Source: Octopus bimaculoides
Lineage: Eukaryota
DNA: 64,000 bases
Direction: 5' to 3'
NCBI RefSeq assembly: GCF_001194135.2
Contig: NC_068986.1
Span: 22,140,020 to 22,204,019, forward strand
Shown here: positions 26,300 to 40,077 of the stretch, piece after piece
How the letters are laid out: the number at the start of each line of letters is the position of its first letter
How positions within the stretch are numbered: position 1 is the first letter of the stretch
The notes under the pieces: generated by a model
Databases searched by the model: none
What the model was told of the DNA's origin: nothing
What the model saw: the letters and a program-made list of their open reading frames with translations, nothing else
Translations under genes and position numbers: made by a program

Positions 26300-26844
26300 A
26301 TAATCATGAATCACCTGCATGACTGGGCCTATTATGGCCAGTTACTGCAACAGCAAACCAAACAACTGCAGACTAGTAGTTCACAAGTAACAGAAGCCAG
26401 CACATTTTGTAAGAACAATAAGTTGTGATTACATTAAGTATAATGACAATCCCTTTTTGCATAACTAAAACGAGTTATGTGTACAACCAACTGTACACAT
26501 TGTACAGTTGGACATAATAGCCAGAATGTTGTTATGTATAAAGTCCAATATGCTCTCCACTATATTATTGCGCAGTGTCACTATCCTAACATACCATTAA
26601 AATCAACCAACTGTATCTAATAAATCATCTGTCTATTCATATATCTGACACCTTACTTTAACACAGAAGGTTCCATTTAACTCTTTTGATACCAAACTGC
26701 CTTTGATATCAAACCATTGGTTCTAGGATATAAACTTTCCGCTTTAAATTATCTATATCAAAATCTTTCATCAAAATTTTATGCTAATTTGTTCCAAACA
26801 CCACGACAAAGCTATTTTATTAAATTCTTCCCTCTTTTACAAAT

Positions 26845-27000
26845 TATTGGGAGTGGGGGCCAGTTGATTAGATCAACCCCAGTACGCAACTGGTACTTAA
26901 TTTATCGACCCTGAAAGGATGAAAGGCAAAGTTGACCTCAGTGGAATTTGAACTCAGAACACAAAGACAGACGAAATATCGCTGAACATTTCACTGAACA
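26845..27000 (-). mobile_element. SINE family B fragment abutting a truncated MITE
   Basis: Core ACTGGTACTTAATTTATCGACCC...GAACTCAGAAC. Confidence 0.7.
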
Positions 27001-27765
27001 TGTGGGGTAGCCACATATCTTCTCTATAGTAAAACAACACCTTTGCTTGTCCCAGGCATAAAATCACCTCGTCACCCTGTCAACCCCACCTAGTTGGGAG
27101 GCCCCCCCTTCCCTTTTCATGTTCCTTCCTGTTTTGCGAGTTACTTGTCAACCACACTAGTGCTGGTGACATGAAAAAAAAAGCACCCAGTATACCCTGT
27201 AAAATAGCTGGCATTAGGAAGGGCATAGAAACCATGCCAAAGTGGCTATAGAGCACAATGCAGCCTTGTAGCCCACCAGATCCTGTCAAACCAGCTAACC
27301 CATGCCAGCATGAAAAATGGATGTTAAATGACCATGATTTAATTACAATTTTGTTTTCATATTATTTTTAAATACCATCTTTGCTATTTTGTTGTGAATA
27401 TTTTCTGATAGATATATTCTTATATGTATTTTTTACAAACATGTCATTATCAAAACATGAAATAAATCCAGGCACGCGCGCGCGCGTTCTGCAGCATGTA
27501 TTCAGAATCACTTGCTAGCATGCTTTTATTGTGTTAGGTTTCTATGCAGTAACAAGCAACATCACCCATCTGGCTTTCCCAACCCAGACTCAGCAGAATA
27601 TCCAGGATGTTACAGCTGAAGGGAGGAAGGGCTGCACTAGCACTCAGCTAGTACTCATTTCAACTGAGTAGACTAGACATGAAATGGAGTGCCTTGTTCA
27701 ACACACTGCCTAATCCAGGAATTAACCCCACAACCTAGTGTGTGCATGTATATATATATATTTTA

Positions 27766-28165
27766 GGTGCAGGAGTGGCTGTGTGGTAAGAAGCTTGCTT
27801 CCCAATCACATGGTTCTGGGTTCAGTCCCGCAGCATGGTGCCTTGGGCAAGAGTCTTCTGCTATAGCCTCGGGCCGACCAAAGCCTTGTGAGTGGATTTG
27901 GTAGACAGAAACTGAAATGTGTGTGTGTGTGTGTGTGTGTGTGTATAGTTATATATATTTGTGTGTCTGTGTTTGTCCCCACTCCTTCACTTGACAACTG
28001 ATGTTGGTGTGTTTATGTCCCCGTAACTTAGCAGTTCGGTAAAAGAGGCTGACAGAATAAGTAAGTACTAGGCTTACAAAGAATAAGTCCAGGGTTGATT
28101 TGTTTCACTAAAGGCGGTGCTCTAGCACGGCCGCAGTCAAGTGACTGAAACAAATAAAAGAAAGA
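27766..28165 (+). mobile_element. SINE family A, near full length
   Basis: Colinear with the 40075 copy; followed directly by a family C copy. Confidence 0.8.
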
Positions 28166-28418
28166 AAAGAATAAGAATATAAAACATTGATGATGGTGCC
28201 ACATAAGAAGCAGTGGTGCTGGTATCACGTAAAAAGTGCTGATGCTGGTACCACATAAAAAGCACTCAGTACTCCCTGTAATGTGGTTGGCATTGTGAAG
28301 GGCATCCAGCTGTAGAAACCAAGCCAAAACAGACTATGGAACCAGTTGTGGCTCCTGGCTTTGCCAGCTCTTGTCAAACCCTCCAACTCATGCCAGCATG
28401 GAAAATGGACAATGATTA

Positions 28419-28456
<38 letters not shown>

Positions 28457-30334
28457 TATTAGGCTGAGATTGTAGTGCAATATCCATAGCCTTTGCAGAT
28501 CTTCTTGGAGAACAGGAACAACATAGTCTGATTACTATAAGTAACAATCAATGTGCAAATTGCTATAGATTAATATGATGTGTGGCTGGAGGAGAAAATG
28601 CAAAGAGGAAGGAGTTACAGAGAATTTTTTTGTATGCTTCAATCCAAAGATGGTGGCCACGGAAGGGCACTGCCAACAAAATCCAAATTTACAAGAAAAG
28701 TAAAAGAAAAAAAAAGATTGGGATAATGTTTTTAGTAAGGGGTCTAAGAAATAAGAGAATGGAGGAATTACAAGGGGAAAGGTAAGTATATTATTAATTT
28801 ATTAACTAACATCACCAGCATCTCCAATATGGTAGGTGTTAGAAACTAAAGTAAAATAAAACAAAATTATGCTTCCATAGCAATTTTTAAAATTTATCAA
28901 TAATTCCATGCTTTCCCCTCCCTCATTCTTACTTAGATTGGGCAACATGTCAGCTTATCAATTCTATCTTTAGTTACTTTCCATATCAGCCAATTCTTTT
29001 ACTTCTCGTTATTTGATGGGGAAGTAAAATTAAATCTACTTTAGAAAGCCTCTTAGTAAATGCCAATAATAAAACAAATTGCTCAAGACTTGCACCACTG
29101 ACTTCATAAGAAACCAGCTCATCTCATGAAATGATTATCAGACAGTTGAATCAAGTTGAAAAGGAAAAATGACAGAGGAAGACAGCTTGAGAGATCTTAG
29201 ATGTTTACAGAAATAACCTTAAAAACATTGCAACTAAAATCTAATCAGTCTCTTGAGTATTACATTTCTGAGACATTAAATAAAATTACATACTGCACTT
29301 TGGAATTTTATAAGTGAACAGTTCTTGAATAGAAGAAACAGCAGGACTAAGAATAACTGCTTTGAATACAAACAAAACTTTATCTAAAAAAAATACTGCA
29401 AGCTTAACATTCCTGCTATTTATAGATGACACAAATGATCATTGAAGCGGAAAAACCTAATTAAGTGAAAAACTTCAAATAAAAAATGTCATAAACCAGC
29501 AGAAAACAAAAACTTCCCATTTAAAATTTAATTTTAATTATCTAAAAATAGATTAATGGAAGGCATATTGCAAAATATATATTATATTACTTTTATATTT
29601 TGTTTAGCAAGAATAAATATGAAATACAAGCATGTTTAATAAATTCCATTGAAAACGCCTAAGAAATATCCATTTCTATTTTTGTTGAATTTTTTTGAGT
29701 CAGAATAATTTTGATACAAGTTCTATCACAACTTATGTTGACTCAATGTTGCCAAAATCTCGTTTTAACAGGTTTTCCCACAGTAACGAAGTAATTCTTA
29801 CATGCAACATCATAGTAAAAGTTGACTTTTATTCATAACTGTAAGCAAACCAAGTTAAGCGCTTCCTGCTGACTAGTGATAAATATTTATCTATCTCGAT
29901 AGCCTAAAATGTATTTGTAAATACGCAATAGACATAACCTAATACCTCAAAGTTTAATTTTTAACATAAAGACTTAGTTTCCACTATTCTCTATTTTTTT
30001 AAACACAGCAATGCATTAAGAAGGGAATTCAGGTTAATAAATACTTATTTAACTCAAAAATCAAAAGCAATACAATGTTCTTAGTACCTTAAAATTTTGC
30101 TATAATTCAACACTGAAAAAAGTATCTTATAATAATTAACTTTTGTTTTGAAGCTAAACTAATTCTCAAATTCACTAAATCTTCAGTTTACATATAATCT
30201 AGGAACAATTCCATTCTGTATGTCTATTTGTATATTTGACATAAGACAAAACCATACCTTTCTTAGTGTCTAAGATCTTTATTATTAACAGCAAAGTTCC
30301 CCAAACTTTCTTCTTAATATTTTAAATCCACTGA

Positions 30335-30752
30335 CAGCGAGCTGACATTAGCACAACAGGCAAAATTTTTAGCAGCATTTCACCTGTCTTTACATTCTGA
30401 GTTTGAATTCCACCGAGGCCGACTTTGCCTTCCATCCATTCAGGGTTGATAAATTAAGTACCAGTTGCGTACTGAGATCGACCTAATCAACTGATCCCCT
30501 CCCCTCAAAATTTCAGGCCTTGTGCCTAGAGTAGAAAAGAATATTTTAAATCCAATAAGGTGGTAAGATGCCAGAATTGTTAGCACACCAGCAAAATGCT
30601 TAGTAGCATTTCATCTATCTTTACATTCTGAGTTCAAATTTCACAGAGGTCAACTTTGCCTTTTGTCCTTTCAGGGTCGATAAAATAAGTACCAGTTGAG
30701 CATTAGGGTCAATGTAATCAACTAAACCCCTCGCTCGAATTTGCTTGCCTTG
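30335..30752 (+). mobile_element. Two head-to-tail SINE family B copies
   Basis: 30335-30545 and 30558-30752. Confidence 0.75.
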
Positions 30753-30844
30753 TGCCAAATGAGATTGAACCCATGTAGTTGAAAAAACAAACTTCTTAAC
30801 CACATATTCATGCCTGCCATATATGGATGCTGAAATCTCAAAAG

Positions 30845-31345
30845 AGAATAAGGGCAGGATGGAAGGCTTTTAATCAATAAAGGATGGGTTCCAGACTAAG
30901 CTAGACAATGCCATAAGTGCCAGACTCAATAGCACTGTTGTACCTGCAATCTTATACACAAGTGAGATGTGGGCTACTATGAAGAGGACAGAACATCAAT
31001 TGGATACAATGCAAAGGGCCATGGAAAGATCCAAGTGGGGAACATCATGAAGAGAGTACATTTGAAATGAGATAATTCAAGAACAGAAAAAATGATGTGA
31101 TCACATAGAACCAAAAGTACAAGTTCTACTGGGCTGGATACGTTGCAAGGTTCACAGGTAACAGGTGGACCTGTGCAGTTGCTGAGTGGCATCCAAAAGA
31201 TCGGAAAAGGCCACTTGGAAGGTCTCCATGATGATGGGAAGACGATTTAGTCAAGCAATTTGGGTCTAGATGGAAAAGAATGACACAATCAAGACAGAAT
31301 TGAAAGCACATTGTGACCAGCATCTGATGATCTGGTTGATACTGT
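30845..31345 (+). mobile_element. Decayed RTE-clade LINE 3' fragment plus 3' tail
   Basis: Broken frames: NSTVVPAILYTSEMWAT...QRAMERS...YWAGYVARFTGNRWTCAVAEWHPKDRKRPLGRSP**WEDDL. Confidence 0.8.
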
Positions 31346-31716
31346 GAGATGTATGTGTATGTATGTATGTATGTATATTACATCTGACCCATGCTTGCAG
31401 GGTCAGACAGAATTCATTGAGGCACATTTTCCATGGCCAAATGCCCTTCCTGTTGCCGACCAAGGTAATATTTCTTCGTAGCTAGACATACTTTTCACAT
31501 GAGATTGGTAACAAACAATGTCAGTTGCATAACATTGATGCTTCTTTACAACTATCACATGATGTCAAGACAAGGACAGACATGATGGGCTTCTTTCTGT
31601 TTCTCTCTACCAAATCCACCAACAAGGCTTTCTTGGGTTGGAGCTATAGTAAGAAAACAACTGCCCAAGGTGCCACATAATGGAACTGAAGTTCCTTGAC
31701 CATGCAGCCTTGCCTG

Positions 31717-31750
<34 letters not shown>

Positions 31751-32471
31751 TCATGTAGTTATATCAAGCAAAAGAAGTGTATATAAATTGAAAAATTTTG
31801 AAATACGTTGGGATCACAGGGAAAAGTCAAAATAGACCTTATTGCTCCTCCGGGAATGACAAATGAAAGCATAACTATTTTGAAAGCATAACTATTTTGT
31901 AACCATAATCATATTGCAATACATTCCAATATGCTTCAGTTATTTGTAAAAATAATCAAGAATTTGAAGGGACCATTCACTTGATAAAATAATTAACTTT
32001 CTCCTAATGAAGCTGGTGTTAACAACTTAACAGTCTTCCAACATAAAATTATGGAAGATTTGATTCAAATATGAACACTTTAAAATGAAAACGCTAAGTG
32101 TCGTAAGAATCAGGGGTGGTCTCCAGAAGGTTTCTATCAAAAAGAACTAATTCTTTGCTTTCAGTCATTAAAATCAGACAGTAATAATCACCATCAATCC
32201 ATGCATGGAAGTTTGACTCTAATGCCTAATTAGTTAAGATATTGACCAGAAATCAATGAAAGCACATTCAATTAGAAGCTAAAATGTCCTTATCCTAACT
32301 TAACAGCCTAGTTCACATACTTCTGAAATTGGTAACTAAATTTATACAAGTAATGATAAGAAAGAAACGATAATAAACAAATTGGGCTACCATTAGTCTA
32401 ATTAGAATATGAATTAGCCACTAAGTAGATGCTTCCAGTTGACCAAAATTAATCAAAAAGCAATACCCTTG

Positions 32472-32514
<43 letters not shown>

Positions 32515-32607
32515 AACAAACAAAACTATTCCCACCCCCACCAACTTTATATTTGCTCATGTTCTACAATAATGGCTCTACTAAGTTCAACGTATTAACA
32601 ATAGTTA

Positions 32608-33075
32608 ATGGCTGTGTAGTAAGGAAGCTTGCTTCCTGATCATGTGGGCTTGGGTTCAGTTCCACTGCACAGCACCTAGGGCAAATGTTTCTTACTATAG
32701 CTCAAGGCTGATCAGAGCTTTGTGAGTGGATTTGGTAGGCAGAAACTGAAAGAAGCCTGTCATATATATATATATATATATATATATATCATCATCATTT
32801 CATGTCCATGTTCAATGCTGGCATGGGTTGGAATATATGTGTGTGTGTGTGTGTGTGTGTGCATGCACCCTTGTCTTGACATGAAGGTTGTAAATGAGCA
32901 TCACCACCATACAAGCGTTTCCAGTCTTCTGTGAAAAACATGTCTAGCTACATTACCTTGCTTGAGAATAAGTGAGGGCTGGCAATAGGAAGGACATCCA
33001 ACTGTAAAAAATCTGCTTCAACAAATTCCATCTGACCCATACAAGCATGGAAAAGTGGACATAAAATGATGAATA
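32608..33075 (+). mobile_element. Composite SINE A head with nested/appended family C-like pieces
   Basis: A head 32608-32760, family C tail fragment about 32790-32830, C-like 3' part 32930-33075. Confidence 0.55.
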
Positions 33076-34439
33076 AATAAGCATAATATTTAGACTACTA
33101 GTTCATAGGGCATGACCTCGTTGCTTCTCTGAGCAAGACACCAGTTTATAACCCCAAGTTCATTCAGCCGATGCAAGTAACAAACAGTTTGGCATTTTTT
33201 CCAAAAAAATGTTTCTTTTTTTGTCCCTTAATATCTGGCCCATTTTATATCCCCAAGTTCACCTTGCTGCTACAAGTAATGAACAACTTGACATTTTATC
33301 AAAAAAAAACAAAAAAAAAAGTTTCTCACTTGTGCCTTAATATCATGGCCCATAGCTAACTACCTATTGGCTCTATAAGCCCTTGTAGCCCGTGGGAATA
33401 TCATTAACATAAATAGCTAAGGAATTAATAACAATTCTTTATTTTCCTTCACATGAATGGGAACTTGGTCAACTTAAACAGAGCTTACTTTCATTGATTT
33501 CTGGTTAATAACTAACTATGCAAGTATCTACATTCAATATGTTGCTCTTCCCATTCTGATATATAGCCAGAAATATTTGCCTCAGTATCGAACAAAAAGT
33601 GAATAAATAAAATAGATTTTTCTTTACATATGGGGGGGGGGGCAGTATTTGCATCTAATTTGCACTAGTAACTGTTCAATTATATTGCTATGTATGTATC
33701 TGTGTGAATAAACATTTTTTTTTAAGTAACTGATTTCATTTTTGTATAACATTCATTTTATTTTCTTATCACTGATTTCGTTTTTGTATAATCCGTAACT
33801 TGTCCATCATGCATCCACATATATTGCTAAAGAAGTGAAGTAAAAAAAAAAAAAAAATAATAATAATAATTTGCTTTTTTTTTTTTTTTGTTATTTTTCT
33901 TAGCAATCATTCACAGAACATTTGGACTTCCTAACTTCAGTAGCTTCTGACATACCAGAGAAGACACTGAAGCAAGTAAGCAATCAATCAAGTGGATGGG
34001 CTGGCAGTAACAACACCTAACATTTTAGTGGTTAAATATGTTGGATGCAAGGAATGACGGTAATGTGCACAATAACAAGTTACATTATTCTTTCTTTCGT
34101 TTTTATTTTTTTAAATCCTGCTGAAAAAAGTCAAAAATAAAAAAAAATCAATATTTTCAGCCAATGGTAGATTAATTTCATCCAATTTTTATTTTCATTT
34201 TGTTTCTTTTTTTTTCAAGCTATATTGGATGTTTTTTTTCTTTAATGGAATGGTTCCTAAATTTAAATTTTTTTCATAAATTATTGAAGTATTTTGTAGT
34301 TGGATTATCTATCTAGCACTAATCATTTAAAAGCGAAGTAGCAGTGTCTATTTTTTGGCCAGACAAAATATCAGAGGAGTCTGCCATCAAGAATAGATAA
34401 TGTAATGTCTATAATAGGGATTTAACTTACAAATTGTAG

Positions 34440-34663
34440 GCTAAGTATACTGCATTAAAATTACTGTCAAATGTAATACTTATTTATCCACATTGTGTTT
34501 AATTCATCATGTATTCTCATAGCTTTGAGATTTTGATGATGTGGCTGTTTATTTTAGAAAGACATTGTAGAATAGGTGTGAGAGGTTGGATCTGACCAGT
34601 TTGAACATAAAACAGGTAGAATATTTGGGCCAGATATGGCCAGATTAACTGCTAAAGGGTTAA
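34440..34663 (+). mobile_element. piggyBac-like MITE family 1
   Basis: Ends TGCTAAAGGG|TTAA; body matches the other copies. Confidence 0.65.
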
Positions 34664-34914
34664 TCATTTTCCTTACTACATTTCTAACAAGTAAACTGCA
34701 TGAATATTTAAATTAATTCTCAAAATAATCAAGACTTCTTAGTGGATCAGTAAAATATCTGTAATTATTAATGGGTATATTATGCTGGTATTGACCATTT
34801 ACAATCTAAGGATACCAGATTTTGATCCATCCATCCATTTTTGTTGCCCATTATTCTTAGGAGTAGAGTCCTTGGGCACTTCCTCCATAGGGTCCTATCA
34901 GAAGCGACTATTAT

Positions 34915-35145
34915 TAAATTGTGGGTTTGATTCCCCAACTGGGCAGTGCATTGTGTTCCTGAGCAAAATACTTCATTTCACATTGCTCCAGTCAACTCAG
35001 CTGTAAGTGGATACACCCCGGGGAATGTTGCCCTGTTCGCCTAACCAGTGGGGTGGTATCATATGAAAGCTAAAACAATGCAAAGCGCATTGTGATTAGC
35101 GATGTATAACATCATCTGATAGTGTGGTTGATCACATGACCATGT
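34915..35145 (+). mobile_element. SINE family D with RTE-like 3' tail
   Basis: Core plus tail AAAGCGCATTGTGATTAGC...CATCTGATAGTGTGGTTGATC. Confidence 0.65.
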
Positions 35146-35663
35146 AAATAATAAATAATACGTGTCTATTTCCTATGCTTGGTATACCTCATGTAAAGAG
35201 GTACACCAGACATTATTGCAAAATGGTTGGATGCCATGATTAAGGGTACACCAGAAGAAAAAGTTTGAGAATTCTAGCTGCAAGTAAAACATTGGTAAAT
35301 TAAATCTCATTCAATGATCATGTTTGAAATTTGTTGATTCATGCTGCAAAATAGCATGATTAGAAACTGATCTTCTAAACTAAAAAAGAAATTCATTTCA
35401 AGTGATATTAATTCATACATCTCTGGGTTGTTAGAAATAAAAATAACTGTAATTTTTCATACTGCTTAGCAACTGACAGCTCTCACTTCAAGGTTTTCAC
35501 ATTCTGGCTTAAACAGATTAAAAAGCAACAACAAAAATGACAACCCACCTCTCTCTAATTGTAGTTAAACAAAAGCAGAGAAAAGTCATTACTAGATGTT
35601 GCAAAGAATGTGATGCACATGAATCCAAAGATCTTGTCCTCAATAATGCCACAGCAATAATGA

Positions 35664-35694
<31 letters not shown>

Positions 35695-35696
<2 letters not shown>

Positions 35697-36033
35697 GGTA
35701 GTAAGTGGGCAGAATCATTAGCACATCAGGAGAAATGCTTAGCTGTATTTCGCATGTCACTACGTTCTGAGTTCAAATTCTGCTGAGGTAGGCTTTGCCT
35801 CTCATCCTTTTGGGGTTGATAAATTAAGTACCAGTGAAATACAGGGGTTGATATAATCGACTAGTCCCCTCCCAACAAATTTAAGGCCTTGTGCCTCCAA
35901 TAGAAAGGATTATTATTATTATTTCTAATTTTGGCACAAGGCCAGCAATTTTGAGGCTCAGAAAGTAAAGACAGATGAACTGCCATTAAGCATCTTGTCC
36001 AGCATGCTAATGATTCAGCCAGCTTGCCACCTT
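35695..36033. mobile_element. Tail-to-tail inverted SINE family B pair
   Basis: + copy 35695-35915; internally deleted - copy 35930-36033. Confidence 0.7.
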
Positions 36034-36872
36034 AATAATAATAATAATAATAATAATAATATATAATATTGGCACAAACTCACAACACTGTTGGGCATTG
36101 TATAGTTGATTGAATTAATATCAGTGTATGAGATTCACATATTTTATTGATCTAATATGATGAAAAGACAAGTTGATCTTAATTGAGATATGGCTATTAT
36201 TTAAATGAAGGCCAAACATTAATTAACAGACATTCAGAAATACGACTTGAGAAAATTCAAAACCCATCTTCTCTGATAACAACAAGGGTTTCAAACTCAG
36301 ACTCAAGTTTACAGATATGGTTATGTCAACCTATTTAATTAATTTCAGTTTTTGATTGGTTGGTTCTTATATTGACCTTCAAGGGGTGAGAACTAACAAC
36401 ATGAAGGGAAATAACTAAATACCACAAGGTATTATATCACACAAACAAATGTTTCTGCCAATTCACTGCCTTTAACAATGGTTTCTGAATTGAACTAAAG
36501 ACCAATATTTTAAGGGACAGAAATTAGTCAATACTCTTGACTCTTGTACTTAGACTGATACTTTATTGTATTAAGTAAATAAACAAATTGATATGTGAAT
36601 TTTGCACGTATTTTTCAATATAATTCCATTTCAATCCCAAATTTCTAATCCTGCTTAATACTATTACAAAATGATTATCTCCCTTGTCATAACTGCAGCC
36701 ATCAGAGGGACCACATGTATTTTACTGATGTCAGTGGGATAAAAGGCAAAGTTAACCTCAGTAGGATTTAAATTCAGAATGTAAAAAGCTATAACAAATA
36801 CTGTTTGGCATTTCGTCTATTGTTCTAACCACCCTATAATAATGATGACTACTAAAAGATAATAATAATAAT

Positions 36873-37428
36873 AAATGCCCGGATGCAGTACCAGGCAGTG
36901 GCTCTCATGGCTTCTGATCTTAATTGGTTGGAAGTGTTATCATGTACATTGTTTTGTCTTGGTATAAAAAAATGGGCTACAGCAAATATTCTGCTCAATA
37001 CCACAGATTTGCTTGTCAGTTGTTTGACCGTAACCAGTTGAGCATCTCCCTTAGTGGCTGACGATATGTGCATCTCTGATCATGAGCAGAAGTAGTGGGG
37101 AGCATCATAGCCATGTGTTGAGAGGTTCTCTGGGGTTTGAATAATTCACCTTTGGAAACATGGGTGTTTTGCTCAACATCCTTAAACAAACCTTATTCAT
37201 GGACCTTTTCAGCGGGATGGGCTACTCGACCTGAAGAAAATTCTAACCGGGCCCCACCTGCGAGGTCATGCACTGTTTATCTTGATATGAGATCACCATG
37301 TCACGCACATATGGTTGTGATGTATGTGTCTGGTGTACCCTTATCAGACGGGTAGTCATGATGGATATAATGGGCTTCGTATATTTTACCCCAGTGTCAC
37401 TTTGATGGCATGCACTACTCTCTCACTC
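36873..37428. repeat. Unclassified about 555-bp element flanked by (TAA)n on both sides
   Basis: Sharp compositional boundaries and higher GC/CpG than the flanks. Single copy in the window, so repeat status is inferred. Confidence 0.4.
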
Positions 37429-39679
37429 AATAATAATAATAATAATAGATCATTAGAAGCAGAAGATTTTCGAATAGCACAAACTGGCTTTAAAAAAATA
37501 TCTTTTCAAATTAAAAAGAAATCAGAGAACTTTGTTTTCACCTGAAAACTTTGGCAGAATCGTGCCAATTCCAATGGCAGTCAATATAAGTTGGCACAGT
37601 CAACTACATTGATGTTTTAATGAATGAAATAGTGGTAAGAGGATATTTTATTTGTATTTGTATAACAATGCCTTTAACAGAAATCAATTCAATATGTTAA
37701 CGTGTTATCTGATTGTAATGTAATCGTTACAGGTAGGGTGAGGGAATAGTTATTTAATTAGGAGTGAAACTTTAGGTAGAGTGAATTGTATTGATTAGCA
37801 TCAACCTCAGGGTTATACAAGCTTCAGGTAACACCATAATAAAATATTGTTATAGTACTATCAATAATATTCAGTGTGAGTGAAGGCTATTAGAGAAATT
37901 GAGACAAGACACAAGACTCTATTGTAACTAGTTTGCTAAGAGAATGCAGAGTTCAAATAAGGTTGCAACAGATTATAATTCCTGGGACTGATAAAAATAA
38001 GTACCTCAGGCATGGCTGTGTGGTTACGAAGATTGCTTTGCAACCATGTGGTTTTGAGTTCAGTACCATTGCACAGCACCTTGTTTCTTATTATAGCTCC
38101 AGGCGAAACAATACTTTGTGAGTGAATTTGGTACACAGAAGCTGTGCAAGTATACATATATAGACACACATTTTTTTCTCTTCTATTTATTGTATATCCT
38201 TTTATCCTTTCAAAATTTCTCTCAGGCATTACCCATTACAATTCGTCTTGGCCTAACAGCCCTAAGCATCTGCCTTCGTCGATCATTTCCGTACGTTCAC
38301 TCTGGTGTCATTTCTTTGTTTGAAGTCCTAACTTTCCACAAATTTTATATTTAAATTTTTGGATGCTGCTGACTTGTGAAGATTTCCTGTCCTGTCGTTA
38401 AAAGCACGAAACAGGTAGTAATAAACAGTCAGCAACTGAGTAAGAGTTAGATTTCTTTTGGTATTTTGTCCCATACTTGTCTCTTGTTGTGTGCTTACAT
38501 ATTTTTCGCCTGTTGGTGATGTCCTGTACTTAATGCGTATTTTTCCATTTATATATATGTGTGTGTGTGTATATATATATATGCACACACACACATACAG
38601 ATATATACATATGTATTTATATTTATATATACATATACATATATGTCAGTGTGTCTGTGTTTTTCCCACCCTGGTTGATAATCAATGTTGATTTGCTTGT
38701 CTCCAAAGCTTAGCATTTTAGCAAAAGAGGCTGATAGCATAAGTACCAGACTTTAGAAAAATAAGTACTCGGGGCAGGGTGGGGTTTAGTTTATTCAACT
38801 AAAACCATCCAAGCTGGTGCTCCAACATGGATGCAGACTAATGATTGGAACAAGTGAAAAACAAAAGATAATGTTCTACAATATTCTGGATTCAATTCAA
38901 AGTACTATACAGGCTTATACAAAACTAATTAAGATTGTTTTTGTTGATTAGTCCTGTCAGACCTGATCACACAGACCTATGGTTCAAGGCTGTCATCCAA
39001 TAACCATCCAACCATATTTTTACAGTAATAGTGCACTTTAGATTACATTATTCCAATGCACCATTTAAAAAAAATGCTAATGTGTGATTTTCAGGAGATT
39101 TGACAGCTATTTCTAACAAATCAAAAGACTGTGTATAGACTCCCTCATTGGCTCAATAACCAAAATCTTATGCCAAGGCAAAAAGAGATCAATATGCATC
39201 GTACTAAGTGAACTTGCTTTGTACTGGAACTTAATACATCGATAAAACATTGTTTATAAGTTTGCAATTTGACTTGCTTCCATTCCTTTTGGATAGCGAA
39301 CATTAATTAGCTGATATTGAAACCTCTCCTTCAACTATGACTATCTCAATCATGGCCCATTAAGCTTTTTGTCAACTAAACAGGAAAAGAGATTAATATA
39401 ACCAAGAAACAGATTAGGTTTCATGAGTAGAAGTAAGTTCATTTTCATCTTGAACCAAATAAATTTGATACATCTCATCCCATAACCATTCCATAAAATT
39501 TTAAGAAAGTGCATCTGAACAAAATCTGTAGCATTATCCCATTTCCTTTACAACACAGAGAAGATTATTAAAACAAAACAAAACAAAAAATGCAGTGAAA
39601 ATTACCTGGAATTCATTTTTAAAGGAAACATATTTAGAATTTTACAGGTATTTTCTTTAGATCCAGTGGAATGACAGTG

Positions 39680-39730
<51 letters not shown>

Positions 39731-40024
39731 TACACAAGGAGCTAAAAGATTTTGCATGAACACTCAGCTCTGAGTGCAATGTTTCTTACAGCAGCAACAG
39801 CTGTAAGCTAATGAAAGTGATTATGTAACTCTTGTTCTTTGTCATTCATTAATTGAAACATCATCACATATCATCATAATCATTTAATGTTCGCTTTCCA
39901 TGCTGGCATGGGTTGGATGATTTGAACAGGGCTGGCAGGGAGCTGCACCAGACTCCATCTGATTTGGCATGGTTTCTATGACTGGATGTGTAGATATATA
40001 CATGTTTTACGTCTGATTACATAC

Positions 40025-40074
<50 letters not shown>

Positions 40075-40077
<3 letters not shown>

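Noticed and set aside
31864-31897. 17-bp exact tandem duplication
   Set aside because: Ordinary slippage event with no functional context.
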